The notes beneath the pieces are model-generated. The model worked only from the letters and a program-made list of their open reading frames with translations, did no database searches and had not been told where the DNA came from. From IMG/VR virus record IMGVR_UViG_3300027836_000006: a DNA stretch of 64,000 bases, one strand, 5' to 3'. The stretch comes from a virus (Duplodnaviria; Heunggongvirae; Uroviricota; Caudoviricetes). This document shows positions 35,650 through 44,920 of the stretch, piece after piece. Every line of letters starts with the position of its first letter. The stretch's first letter is position 1. The position numbers and the translations under genes were made by a program.

Positions 35650-36978
35650 ATGAGCGATCCTTGCCAGTATGTAATTTCAACTTTAGAAGATCACAATAGC
35701 CGTTTGGATAAAGAGGCTATTATTTTGGCGCAAGCTGAAGCAGGTAATAGTGAATTCTTTGAAGGATTAAATTTAGCTTACAACGCAATGATTACGTTTG
35801 GACTTAAACAAATCCCGGAGAAAAAAGATGAAGATGGTCCTGGGCTACCTTGGGATAGTTTTACTCTCGCTCTTACTGGCTTTACTACTCGCAACGTCAC
35901 CGGTAATACAGCGAGGGATATGATTGACGCTATGATGAAATCAGCCACTAAGAGTCAGTGGAATGGTTGGTATCGTCGAATCCTTATCAAAGACATGCGA
36001 GCTGGCTTTAGTGAAAACACAGTAAATAAAGTCGTAGAGAAGAAATTTCCCCAATACATAATTCCAGTTTTTAGTTGCCAACTGGCTCACGACAGTGCTA
36101 ATCACGAATCAAAAGTCGCAGGCAAAAAACTTATTGAAGTTAAACTTGACGGTGTGCGTGTTATCACTATTGCCTACGCCGATGGACGTGTGGACATGTT
36201 TAGTCGTAATGGTAAAGAGCTGGCTAACTTTCCGCACATCAAAGAACAGATTAGTAATGTTGTTAAACAAAAAGGTTCTAGCAAAAGTATGGACATTGTA
36301 TTGGACGGTGAAATCATGTCCAGCAGTTTCCAAGACTTGATGAAGCAAGTACACCGCAAAGACAATGTTGAAGCGGGTGATGCTGTTCTTAACTTGTTCG
36401 ATGTATTGCCTTTGGAAGACTTTGAAAAAGGTAGTTACGACAAAGATCAAACTACCCGTAGCAGTATGGTTAGCTTTTGGGTAGAACAAAATAAAGAACT
36501 GTTGCCTAACGTAACAGCATTGTCCAATGAGCTTGTTGATTTGGATACAGAAGAAGGTCAAAAACGTTTTAAAGAGATTAATGCCAAGGCAGTGGCTGGC
36601 GGGTACGAAGGTATTATGATTAAAGAACCCAGTGCCAAATATGAATGTAAACGTAGTGTAGCATGGTTGAAGTTAAAACCATTCATCGAAGTTAGTCTAG
36701 CAGTGGTAGCAGTAGAAGAAGGTACAGGTAAAAATGTAGGTAAACTTGGTGCGCTAGTGTGCGAAGGAGAAGATGATGGACGACAAATCAGAGTCAATGT
36801 TGGAAGTGGCTTTACCGATAGTAATCGTGATACTTACTGGAGCGGTCGTGATACTCTTATCGGAAATATTGTTGAGGTTCGTGCTGACGCCGTAACACAA
36901 AATCAAGACAGCACGTATAGTTTGCGCTTTCCACGTTTCAAAGGCTTTCGTGGCTTTGTGGCAGGAGAGAAAATTTAA
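35650..36978 (+). CDS. ATP-dependent DNA ligase
   Basis: Motif I KLDGVR, in the sequence EVKLDGVRV. 442 aa, with adenylation and OB-domain spacing. Confidence 0.8.
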   Translation: MSDPCQYVISTLEDHNSRLDKEAIILAQAEAGNSEFFEGLNLAYNAMITFGLKQIPEKKDEDGPGLPWDSFTLALTGFTTRNVTGNTARDMIDAMMKSATKSQWNGWYRRILIKDMRAGFSENTVNKVVEKKFPQYIIPVFSCQLAHDSANHESKVAGKKLIEVKLDGVRVITIAYADGRVDMFSRNGKELANFPHIKEQISNVVKQKGSSKSMDIVLDGEIMSSSFQDLMKQVHRKDNVEAGDAVLNLFDVLPLEDFEKGSYDKDQTTRSSMVSFWVEQNKELLPNVTALSNELVDLDTEEGQKRFKEINAKAVAGGYEGIMIKEPSAKYECKRSVAWLKLKPFIEVSLAVVAVEEGTGKNVGKLGALVCEGEDDGRQIRVNVGSGFTDSNRDTYWSGRDTLIGNIVEVRADAVTQNQDSTYSLRFPRFKGFRGFVAGEKI

Positions 36979-36993
36979 TTTGGAAACATTAAT

Positions 36994-37263
36994 GTGAGCC
37001 CGGTTATTCGTTACATTTTTATACTATGGGTAGTGGGTATTACCTTAATATTAACCCTGGTTAATAAACACACTCCACGCACGACACATACTAGAACATT
37101 CTGTGCTTACGGAAATGTTTTTGTTGAATTTGACGAAGACGGATACCGATGGGGTACCGTATTGCTCAATCGAAACGGCAAACCTATTCCGTGTAAAGAA
37201 GATGAAGATATAACAGAACCGGCTAACGATAGAACAACAGAATTTAAAGGAATTAATATATGA
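36994..37263 (+). CDS. hypothetical protein with an N-terminal transmembrane helix
   Basis: 89-aa ORF only. Confidence 0.4.
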   Translation: MSPVIRYIFILWVVGITLILTLVNKHTPRTTHTRTFCAYGNVFVEFDEDGYRWGTVLLNRNGKPIPCKEDEDITEPANDRTTEFKGINI

Positions 37264-37622
37264 CGAATCCGTTTCGCGATCAAGCAAAATTTATGAAAGC
37301 CTGCGACCAAACAGTCGGTGGTGAGTTTGATGAAGATCAATTTAATTTGTACGTTACATTGATTGAAGAAGAAGCAAATGAACTTGCTGATGCCATTAGA
37401 GCCCACGACCAAGTAGAAACACTCGATGCACTTATTGACATCCTAGTGGTTACTATTGGCGCTATTCATAGCATGGGCAGTGATGCCGAGGGTGCTTGGA
37501 AAGAAGTAATGAGTACAAACTTTGCTAAAATTGGTGAAGATGGTAAAGTGCGTAAACGTGAAGATGGTAAAGTGTTAAAACCCGTGGGCTGGGTATCGCC
37601 CGATCTCAAACCGTTTGTTTAA
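37260..37622 (+). CDS. MazG-like nucleoside triphosphate pyrophosphohydrolase
   Basis: All-alpha protein with EEANELADA...LDALIDILVVTIGAIHSMG, resembling the EExxE/D motifs of phage MazG. Confidence 0.55.
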   Translation: MTNPFRDQAKFMKACDQTVGGEFDEDQFNLYVTLIEEEANELADAIRAHDQVETLDALIDILVVTIGAIHSMGSDAEGAWKEVMSTNFAKIGEDGKVRKREDGKVLKPVGWVSPDLKPFV

Positions 37623-37635
37623 AAAGGAGAATGAT

Positions 37636-38331
37636 ATGTTTGGTTCAAATTATACAGGTGGCGGTGTACTGAGTTACCGCAGTGCTAGTGAAATTAATTC
37701 AGCAATGGGTCGTGTTTATGGACATATGAGCCTGGCTGTAGTTGTGTCAATGTTTGTCAGTTACTTTGTAGGTACTAGTCCAGAGTTGATACAATTCTTT
37801 TTTACAGGTGTACTAAAGTGGATTGTGATTTTTGCTCCGCTGGCGGCCATTTTTGGTGTCAGTTATGTGTTGGGTAATAACCCTAGTAAAGGTGTAGCAC
37901 AGTTATGCCTACATGGATTTGCGGCACTCATGGGCTTGAGTTTTTCTATGATATTTGCTGTGTTCAATATGGGCAGTATTGTTAGTGCGTTCATGGGAGC
38001 GGCAATCTTGTTTAGTGTAATGAGTGTGTATGGTTATTTTACCAAAAAAGATCTAAGCTCGATGGGTCAAATGATGTTTGTTGGTTTAATTGCCATCATC
38101 ATTGCCAGCATTGTTAATATCTTTATTGGCTCAACAGTATTACAGATGGTAATTAGTGCGTTAGCAATCATTATCTTCCTTGGCTTAACTGCGTATGACA
38201 CACAACAGATTCGTGAAGCTGTCAGTGTTGACACTAGCCCAGCTGTGGAAGTAACAGGTGCGTTGACGCTGTATATGGACTTTATCAACTTGTTCTTAAA
38301 CTTGTTACAGTTGTTTGGCGAACGAAAATAA
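37636..38331 (+). CDS. Bax-inhibitor-1 / YccA family membrane protein (FtsH modulator family)
   Basis: Seven predicted transmembrane helices. C-terminal GLTAYDTQQI signature. AAGGAG SD 6 nt before the ATG at 37636; the ORF track extends to a TTG at 37615. Confidence 0.65.
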   Translation: MFGSNYTGGGVLSYRSASEINSAMGRVYGHMSLAVVVSMFVSYFVGTSPELIQFFFTGVLKWIVIFAPLAAIFGVSYVLGNNPSKGVAQLCLHGFAALMGLSFSMIFAVFNMGSIVSAFMGAAILFSVMSVYGYFTKKDLSSMGQMMFVGLIAIIIASIVNIFIGSTVLQMVISALAIIIFLGLTAYDTQQIREAVSVDTSPAVEVTGALTLYMDFINLFLNLLQLFGERK

Positions 38332-38344
38332 TTAAGGAATAAAA

Positions 38345-39175
38345 ATGCGCAGTCATTATTGGACTATTGGAAAATTTGCCGACTGGCTTCGCGGTACGCC
38401 CAAACTCAAGTGCGGCACTAGCGAAGAATGGCACGAATGGGAAGACAAGGCTAAAGCCGCACATCCTGTTCGTTGGTGGATTGCTGAAGAAGGGCTGGAC
38501 CACCTTCAAAAATTTGTTTATTATGTTCCGGACAAACTAAATGACATACGCTATTATATTAACAATCGCTGGGTTAGTCACAGCCATGCTCTTACAGCCC
38601 ATCCTCGAGACATACAACCGGGTAACTGGAGTGACGTTGGCAATCGCTTTCTTCCTTGTATGTTCAATGAGCTTGTGGACTTTGTGGAAATAGAACAAGC
38701 GTGGCATCACTGTATTTGGAGCGATGACGCTAAGACTAAATTTGAAACTCCATGGTGGCGCAAGGGGTGGTTACGTTGGCGTACTTGGCGCTGTCCAGAA
38801 GCTGGACTAGAGTACTTACGGTGGGCTGAAACACTAACTAACGAAGAGTTTTTAGAAGACGGCGAAAAGCACAAAGCAGAATCAACTTACCAAGCTAAGA
38901 GTGCTAAAGAAATTATAGAGCTATATACTTGGTGGACTGTTACCTATCGTAATCGTCCTGACGCATATGAAGCAAGTGGCTGGACAGCGGCATGTGAAGC
39001 AAGTCGCATTGCTAATGGCGGACGTTTAAGTTTTAGCAGTGATAAAGATCCGGTAATTAAAAAGGCCAGCGATAAAGCTCACAAGTTACTTCAAAAAATC
39101 GAAGCGGCTTACGAGGCAGAAGATGAAGCTATGATGATTCGTCTTATTAAAATTAGACAGAGCTTGTGGACATAA
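38345..39175 (+). CDS. hypothetical Trp-rich protein
   Basis: 276-aa ORF only. Confidence 0.45.
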   Translation: MRSHYWTIGKFADWLRGTPKLKCGTSEEWHEWEDKAKAAHPVRWWIAEEGLDHLQKFVYYVPDKLNDIRYYINNRWVSHSHALTAHPRDIQPGNWSDVGNRFLPCMFNELVDFVEIEQAWHHCIWSDDAKTKFETPWWRKGWLRWRTWRCPEAGLEYLRWAETLTNEEFLEDGEKHKAESTYQAKSAKEIIELYTWWTVTYRNRPDAYEASGWTAACEASRIANGGRLSFSSDKDPVIKKASDKAHKLLQKIEAAYEAEDEAMMIRLIKIRQSLWT

Positions 39176-39182
39176 GTACACG

Positions 39183-40550
39183 ATGACTGATAAAACAATA
39201 TGGCTCAAAGAAGCTAAAACGATATTAGATCGAACAGGGCCTGGGATGTGTCTAGCAAAGTGGCTCCAAGTCACTTTGCATTTACAAAACGGCCATACGC
39301 ATAGTTGCCATCATCCTAATACTCATAAGATTCCTTTAGAAGAAATACAAGAAGATCCAAGTGCGCTTCATAATACTAAGTTTAAAAAAGAACAACGTAA
39401 GATGATGATGACCGGCAGTAGGCCGGAAGAATGCCATTTTTGTTGGAACGTTGAAGACAATGCTCCTGTAGACGCAGAAGTATATAGTGATAGAATTTAC
39501 AAAAGCACTGATGATTGGGCAGGTAGGGCTCAATACTTTAATGTAATGTATGCTGGCTGGGAACAAAACATCAAACCGACTTACTTAGAAGTTAGTTTTA
39601 GTCATGCGTGTAATTTTAAATGCTCGTATTGTAGCCCTCATATTTCAAGTAAATGGATGGAAGAAATTGAAAAGTTTGGCGGATACCCAACTACCCTTCA
39701 ATATAATAATTTAGAGCACACTAAGCATCAAGACAAAATGCCAATTCCGGTTAAGGAATACAACCCATATGTTGAAGCATTCTGGAAGTGGTGGCCTGAC
39801 ATTTATAATACGTTGCATACTTTCCGTATTACAGGTGGCGAACCGTTAATGAGTAAAGATACTTTTAAAGTATTAGACTACATTATTGAAAATCCAAACC
39901 CTAAATTAGAACTTGCTATCAACAGTAATTGTGTATTGCCCGATAAACTATTTGATAAATTTATCGAAAAAATTAAAATAATTCAAGATAATAACTGTGT
40001 CAAAAAGTTTACACTGTTCACCAGTGCCGAAGCATACGGTGCTAAAGCAGAGTATATCAGACACGGTATGGATTACGATATATGGCTTGATAATTGTCAT
40101 AAATTTTTAGAAGCAGTACCTACAGCAAATTTTAGTATCATGTCAACATATAATGCTTTGTCAATTACATCTTACATGGAATTTTTAAAAGATGTATTGA
40201 TTATGAAATTGAAACATCATAATGCGGATCGTTCAATTAGTTTAGATATTCCATATTTGGATAACCCAAAATGGATGAGTGTTAGAATATTGCCAATGTC
40301 ATATAAAGAACAATTGATTAAACAAGTTAAATTTATGAGAGACAACCATTGTAGTGGGATTGGATTCCAGGGATGGGAAGCTGACAAATTAGATAGGATT
40401 CAATATTTGCTCGAAGAAGATAGAGAAAAAACTTATATGAAAGATTTTGCTTTGTTTTTTGATGAGCACGATAAGCGTAGAAATACAAACTTTTTGGCTA
40501 CATTTCCCGAAATGATTGAATTATACACCGAATGCAAGAACTTGACATAA
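39183..40550 (+). CDS. radical SAM enzyme, family B (third paralog)
   Basis: CNFKCSYC and ITGGEPLM. N-terminal MCLAKWLQVTLHL...SCHHP...CHFC extension. Confidence 0.7.
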   Translation: MTDKTIWLKEAKTILDRTGPGMCLAKWLQVTLHLQNGHTHSCHHPNTHKIPLEEIQEDPSALHNTKFKKEQRKMMMTGSRPEECHFCWNVEDNAPVDAEVYSDRIYKSTDDWAGRAQYFNVMYAGWEQNIKPTYLEVSFSHACNFKCSYCSPHISSKWMEEIEKFGGYPTTLQYNNLEHTKHQDKMPIPVKEYNPYVEAFWKWWPDIYNTLHTFRITGGEPLMSKDTFKVLDYIIENPNPKLELAINSNCVLPDKLFDKFIEKIKIIQDNNCVKKFTLFTSAEAYGAKAEYIRHGMDYDIWLDNCHKFLEAVPTANFSIMSTYNALSITSYMEFLKDVLIMKLKHHNADRSISLDIPYLDNPKWMSVRILPMSYKEQLIKQVKFMRDNHCSGIGFQGWEADKLDRIQYLLEEDREKTYMKDFALFFDEHDKRRNTNFLATFPEMIELYTECKNLT

Positions 40551-40570
40551 GCACCGGCTGGTGCTATAAT
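40542..40570 (+). promoter_or_regulatory. consensus sigma70 promoter: TTGACA-N17-TATAAT
   Basis: TTGACA at 40542-40547 overlaps the TAA stop. TATAAT at 40565-40570. Confidence 0.6.
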
Positions 40571-40600
40571 ATGTATATTGTTTAATAAACAGGAGCAGAA

Positions 40601-41806
40601 ATGGCTACTAAAGCACCAGCAAAAAAATCTCGTATTACCAAAGCACAAGTAACTGCGCACCGTACTCGTGCGGTTAAGGATCATAGCCCAGTTTGGGAAG
40701 GTTGTGAAACTTGGGACGCAGACACATTCCATCGTTTCTTCAAACGTGCTATGGACTATTACCGTTTGGAAAGCGACATTAAAACTTACAAACCTGCGGT
40801 AGCAAAATGGATGGAAACTGTTGGCTGTACCAAAGCAGACATTACAGCGTTCAAAAAAGTTAGAGATGCTCGTGTTGGTACAACAATGGGCGCAGTTGCC
40901 TGCTGTTTGAATCGTGGTATGACTCCTCAACGTGCTGATTTTAATCAAGGACGTGACTCGGCCGTATGGTTGCGAGCTGAAATTGTTAAAGTTATTTCTG
41001 CTGGTAAGGATGACATTGACGAAGTTGAAGCTAAGGCATTGGAAGCTGCAAAGCCTGCGGTGTATACGCCTTCTATTCAAGAGCGTGTTAAAGAAGCCGC
41101 ACTACGAATGACTGAAGAAATTGAAGATGCTATTGAAGGCTTTCAAGTAGATCCTGAAAACTTTGATCCCAAAGCGTTTAAGATGCTTAACTTGCTCAAA
41201 GGTAAAGAAGTCAAAGCTGCACATGCTAGAATCATTAAAACCCTCTACAGCAGGGATTTAGCAGAGCTTGAAGAGTTGGCTAGCGGCAAGGCAGATGAAC
41301 AGCTTAAAGAGGGTTATAGCCACCGTAGCAAAAAGCAAATTAAGAACTTGATTGCGTTCTATCAAGAGATTATGAGTGCGTGTGACATGTTGGCACAAGA
41401 AGCCAAAGTTAATCGTGCGCCACGTGCTAAAAAAGCTGTTCCTGCGGAGAAGATTGTTGCTAAACTCAAGTATATGAAGACTAACGAGCCTTTGAAACTT
41501 GTAAGTATTAATCCTGCTGACATTATTGGCACTGGAGAACTGTGGATCTTTAACACTAAAACACGTAAACTTGGCAAGTATGTTGCTAAAGAGTTTAACA
41601 CTTTAGGCGTAAAAGGCACTACGATTACAAACTTTGACGAGTTTAAGAGCGTACAAAAGACTATTCGTAAGCCTGAAGAAAAGCTCAAAGAGTTTAAAGC
41701 GGCCGGTAAGGTACAGCTACGTAAGTTTCTAGACGATATCAACGCTACAGACACTATGATGAATGGACGAATTAACGAAGATATTATCTTACTTAAAGTA
41801 GTATAA
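40601..41806 (+). CDS. hypothetical Lys/Ala-rich protein (401 aa)
   Basis: ORF with the SD caggag upstream. Confidence 0.5.
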   Translation: MATKAPAKKSRITKAQVTAHRTRAVKDHSPVWEGCETWDADTFHRFFKRAMDYYRLESDIKTYKPAVAKWMETVGCTKADITAFKKVRDARVGTTMGAVACCLNRGMTPQRADFNQGRDSAVWLRAEIVKVISAGKDDIDEVEAKALEAAKPAVYTPSIQERVKEAALRMTEEIEDAIEGFQVDPENFDPKAFKMLNLLKGKEVKAAHARIIKTLYSRDLAELEELASGKADEQLKEGYSHRSKKQIKNLIAFYQEIMSACDMLAQEAKVNRAPRAKKAVPAEKIVAKLKYMKTNEPLKLVSINPADIIGTGELWIFNTKTRKLGKYVAKEFNTLGVKGTTITNFDEFKSVQKTIRKPEEKLKEFKAAGKVQLRKFLDDINATDTMMNGRINEDIILLKVV

Positions 41807-41812
41807 ATTAAA

Positions 41813-41839
41813 AAGCGGCTTAATAGGCCGCTTTTTTTT
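41813..41839 (+). terminator. rho-independent terminator
   Basis: 7-bp stem aagcggc/gccgctt with a 7-nt loop, followed by a T8 run. Confidence 0.7.
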
Positions 41840-41871
41840 GACTTGTAGTTAGGCTTAGTCTAAGATAAATA
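41838..41871 (+). promoter_or_regulatory. promoter region: TTGACT-N17-TAAGAT, overlapping a late-like GATAAATA motif at 41864-41871
   Basis: TTGACT at 41838-41843 and TAAGAT at 41861-66. ATAAATA ends 20 nt before the ATG at 41891. Confidence 0.4.
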
Positions 41872-41890
41872 CTGGATAAGAGACCCTATT

Positions 41891-43345
41891 ATGAGCCAAA
41901 TTTTTAACATTCAAGACGACAAAGTCGTTATCAAAAAACTAGCCCTAGAAACCCTAGAGGGTAATCTAACTGTAACCGGCACCCTAACTGTTGACAATCT
42001 AATTGTTAATAACGCACCCGTAGCGGCAGTTCAATCTGACGCAGACTTTGGTAATTGGGTAGTTAGTGATGAAGCTGACTTACTAGGTAAAGGACTTAAC
42101 TGGTCATGGGGTCATGGTAATGTTCAACTAGCATATCGTTCTGGTAACAGGCTGTGGGCTAACAGCGACATTGATTTAGAACCAAGCAAGTCATATAAAA
42201 TTGATAATGCCGAGGTGCTCAGTCGAGATACACTTGGGTCGCAAATTACAAAAAGTAGTTTAAAACAAGTTGGCACATTAAAAACTCTGTCAGTGTCTGG
42301 CGATACCGCACTCGCCGAATTCGCTTATTTTAATTCTGCTTTTGGTCGATTAGGCATTAATACTGAAAGCCCAAACGGAACTTTAAGTGTTTCTGAAAAC
42401 AATGTGGAAATTATTGCTGGCGCATCGCGTGACGGTGTTGGACAGTTCGGAACTTATACCAGTCACGACTTAGAAATTATTACGGATAACACAGCACGAA
42501 TTACACTAAAGAACAACGGACAAGTTATCTTTGGCAATGAATCTACACACAACGCTGACGTTAGAATTTACGGTACATTACATGTCGAGACAATTGTAGC
42601 TGATAATAGAATTGATAGATATCAACCATTAGAATTTAAAACATCTCGTGAGAGAGGTATTTATGGCCAAGGATTAGTTTGGACAGGTACTGGCAGTATG
42701 CGTCAGTTGATCATGCGAGCTGAACCAGATAGATTGTGGACTACCGAATCATTTGATTTGGCCGCTGACCGTAGCTATCACGTTGACGGTGTTCCTGTTT
42801 TATCACAGATAGCATTAGGTTCATCTGTTACTAAATCGAACTTATCTAAATTAGGCACACTGGAAGATTTAACAGTGGACGGTGAAGCAACATTCATGAC
42901 ACGTATTAATGCCAGTCGTGCTGTGATTAATGCTAAAACAATCCTGTTTAATGATGCTGAAGAATTTACTATTACAAACAGTCAATTATCTGCTCAAAGT
43001 AAATTGTCATTCAAGGTAGCAGGCGATGAAACTTATTACGCAGACAGTCAAGAAATTGCTATTGGTAATAAACAAAATACCCGCAGACCAGTCAAAGTAT
43101 TTGGACCATTAACTGTAGGTGTTAACACACCAGAAGAAGGTGTTGACTTATCTGTTAAAGGTAATATTAAATTTGCCAATAAGAAATTTGCCACAGGTAC
43201 AGACAAACCAACAGCTGGCGAGTTTAATAAAGGCGATATTGTTTGGAATTCAAATCCAACACAAGATAATTTTGTTGGATGGGTTTGTATTGAAGCAGGT
43301 GCTCCCGGCGCTTGGCTACCATTTGGTGCTATTGCTCGTCAATAA
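41891..43345 (+). CDS. tail-fibre-like structural protein
   Basis: 484 aa. N-terminal LTVTGTLTVDNLIVNN beta-helix-like repeats, Thr/Gly/Asn-rich. Confidence 0.5.
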   Translation: MSQIFNIQDDKVVIKKLALETLEGNLTVTGTLTVDNLIVNNAPVAAVQSDADFGNWVVSDEADLLGKGLNWSWGHGNVQLAYRSGNRLWANSDIDLEPSKSYKIDNAEVLSRDTLGSQITKSSLKQVGTLKTLSVSGDTALAEFAYFNSAFGRLGINTESPNGTLSVSENNVEIIAGASRDGVGQFGTYTSHDLEIITDNTARITLKNNGQVIFGNESTHNADVRIYGTLHVETIVADNRIDRYQPLEFKTSRERGIYGQGLVWTGTGSMRQLIMRAEPDRLWTTESFDLAADRSYHVDGVPVLSQIALGSSVTKSNLSKLGTLEDLTVDGEATFMTRINASRAVINAKTILFNDAEEFTITNSQLSAQSKLSFKVAGDETYYADSQEIAIGNKQNTRRPVKVFGPLTVGVNTPEEGVDLSVKGNIKFANKKFATGTDKPTAGEFNKGDIVWNSNPTQDNFVGWVCIEAGAPGAWLPFGAIARQ

Positions 43346-43374
43346 TATCAGTTGTTAATAACCTAATTGTGTCC

Positions 43375-43382
43375 TATAAATA
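43375..43382 (+). promoter_or_regulatory. T4-late-like TATAAATA motif 21 nt upstream of the start codon
   Basis: Exact TATAAATA. Confidence 0.35.
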
Positions 43383-43402
43383 TTAGCTCAAGGGCTAATA
43401 CT

Positions 43403-43741
43403 ATGGGACCAATTACATCAGAATTGTACAAACAAATTAAGGGCTGGAGAATTTATTCGGTGATCGCACCGGCAGTATTCTGCGCGACAGCGGCATTCAT
43501 GTACCTTCATTACGGTACAGAATGGAAAATTATTTTTTACACAGGGCTAATTATTTTATCAGCGACTTGTATCAGCTGGTGGCACTGGAGCCTTTCAACT
43601 ATGGTTACTATGTTGGCCATTATGAAAGATACCGACAATCACTTTGAAGACGTGGCTAAGAAACTGGAAGAACTTAGAATTCAAAATGGCGGACGGCCTG
43701 ATTTAAAAATAGTTACCAATACAGTTGACAAGGATAAGTAG
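43403..43741 (+). CDS. small membrane protein (about three transmembrane helices)
   Basis: Start moved to the ATG downstream of the late motif; the ORF track starts at 43367. Confidence 0.45.
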   Translation: MGPITSELYKQIKGWRIYSVIAPAVFCATAAFMYLHYGTEWKIIFYTGLIILSATCISWWHWSLSTMVTMLAIMKDTDNHFEDVAKKLEELRIQNGGRPDLKIVTNTVDKDK

Positions 43742-43827
43742 AAGAGTATATTATTACTATATGCGGACTTAGACGCTCATCCCGCAATATAAACTCTGCG
43801 TGTCATTGTTAACAAGGAAAAACAACA

Positions 43828-44352
43828 ATGGCAAAATACATTTCAACAAAAACATACGGTAACGACCGCGGACTTTCATGCTGTTTTAGACAGTGGCGTA
43901 GCACTCATTCACATTGCTCATTACTACACGGATACTCAATTGGAATCAAATTAATTTTTGAATCTGAAACACTAGATGATCGCAATTGGGTCATGGACTT
44001 TGGTGGACTCAAAGCATTTAAAGAGTGGAGCGAATACATGTTCGATCACACTTTGGTAATTGCTCACGACGATCCACATTTAGAAAAGTTCCAAGCTCTA
44101 GCATCACTAGGTCTTAATGATGTAGGCGGCGTATGCGACATTCGTGTTGTAGAAGCTGTAGGCTGTGAGAAGTTTAGTGAAGTAGCATACAACACAATGA
44201 AAGACATTTTGGAAACCTTCCAAGCAGGAAAAGCGTATACTTTACCAAATGGAAAATCTTTTGAATGTCGTTACCCAGTCGGACAAGGTGTTAAATTACG
44301 TTCGGTAGAAGTATTTGAACACAATGCTAACTCGGCAGTTTACGAAGGTTAA
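43828..44352 (+). CDS. 6-pyruvoyl-tetrahydropterin synthase family protein (PTPS/QueD-like)
   Basis: HSHCSLLHGYS compares with the C-x3-HGH zinc/catalytic motif, here HGY. Typical ~170-aa size. Confidence 0.6.
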   Translation: MAKYISTKTYGNDRGLSCCFRQWRSTHSHCSLLHGYSIGIKLIFESETLDDRNWVMDFGGLKAFKEWSEYMFDHTLVIAHDDPHLEKFQALASLGLNDVGGVCDIRVVEAVGCEKFSEVAYNTMKDILETFQAGKAYTLPNGKSFECRYPVGQGVKLRSVEVFEHNANSAVYEG

Positions 44353-44506
44353 ATCAATTGTGGCGTCTTTGGGCTAAGGCATTGGGCGAAAAATCAGGCA
44401 GTTCGGACGAGGAATCGGACCGAATTGCTTGCGTTAGAACGCTAATTGTGTTAATATACATTATCACAAACTTTTTTATAATCGCAGGCGTCATAAGGCA
44501 TTGGTA

Positions 44507-44920
44507 ATGAAAATTGGATTTACTTGTTCAACTTTTGATTTGTTTCATGCAGGGCATATTATGATGCTTAAAGAATCAAAAGAACAATGTGAATATCTAA
44601 TTGTAGGGCTTCAAACAGATCCTACACTAGACCGCGCTAACAAAAATAAACCCGTACAGGGTGTATTTGAACGTTATGTACAGTTAAAAGCGTGTGTGTA
44701 TGTCGATGAAGTTGTAGTGTACGCTACTGAAAAAGAACTTAGAGACATACTGCTTTCTTATAAAATTGATGTAAGAATTTTAGGCGAAGAATATCAAGGC
44801 AAAGATTTCACAGGATATGATATTCCTATGGAATTTTATTTTAATCAACGTAGGCATAGCTTTTCAACATCCGAACTAAGACAGCGGGTTATGGAAGCAG
44901 AAAGAGACAAAAATGGGTAA
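44507..44920 (+). CDS. cytidylyltransferase-like nucleotidyltransferase (HxGH)
   Basis: GFTCSTFDLFHAGH matches the G-x-F-D-x-x-H-x-G-H motif. The ATG at 44507 has an aagg SD upstream. Confidence 0.6.
   Translation: MKIGFTCSTFDLFHAGHIMMLKESKEQCEYLIVGLQTDPTLDRANKNKPVQGVFERYVQLKACVYVDEVVVYATEKELRDILLSYKIDVRILGEEYQGKDFTGYDIPMEFYFNQRRHSFSTSELRQRVMEAERDKNG

Noticed and set aside
44353-44500. 148-nt intergenic region upstream of the cytidylyltransferase with tcggac direct repeats
   Set aside because: No convincing stem-loop, promoter spacing or repeat structure beyond short direct repeats. Left unannotated.
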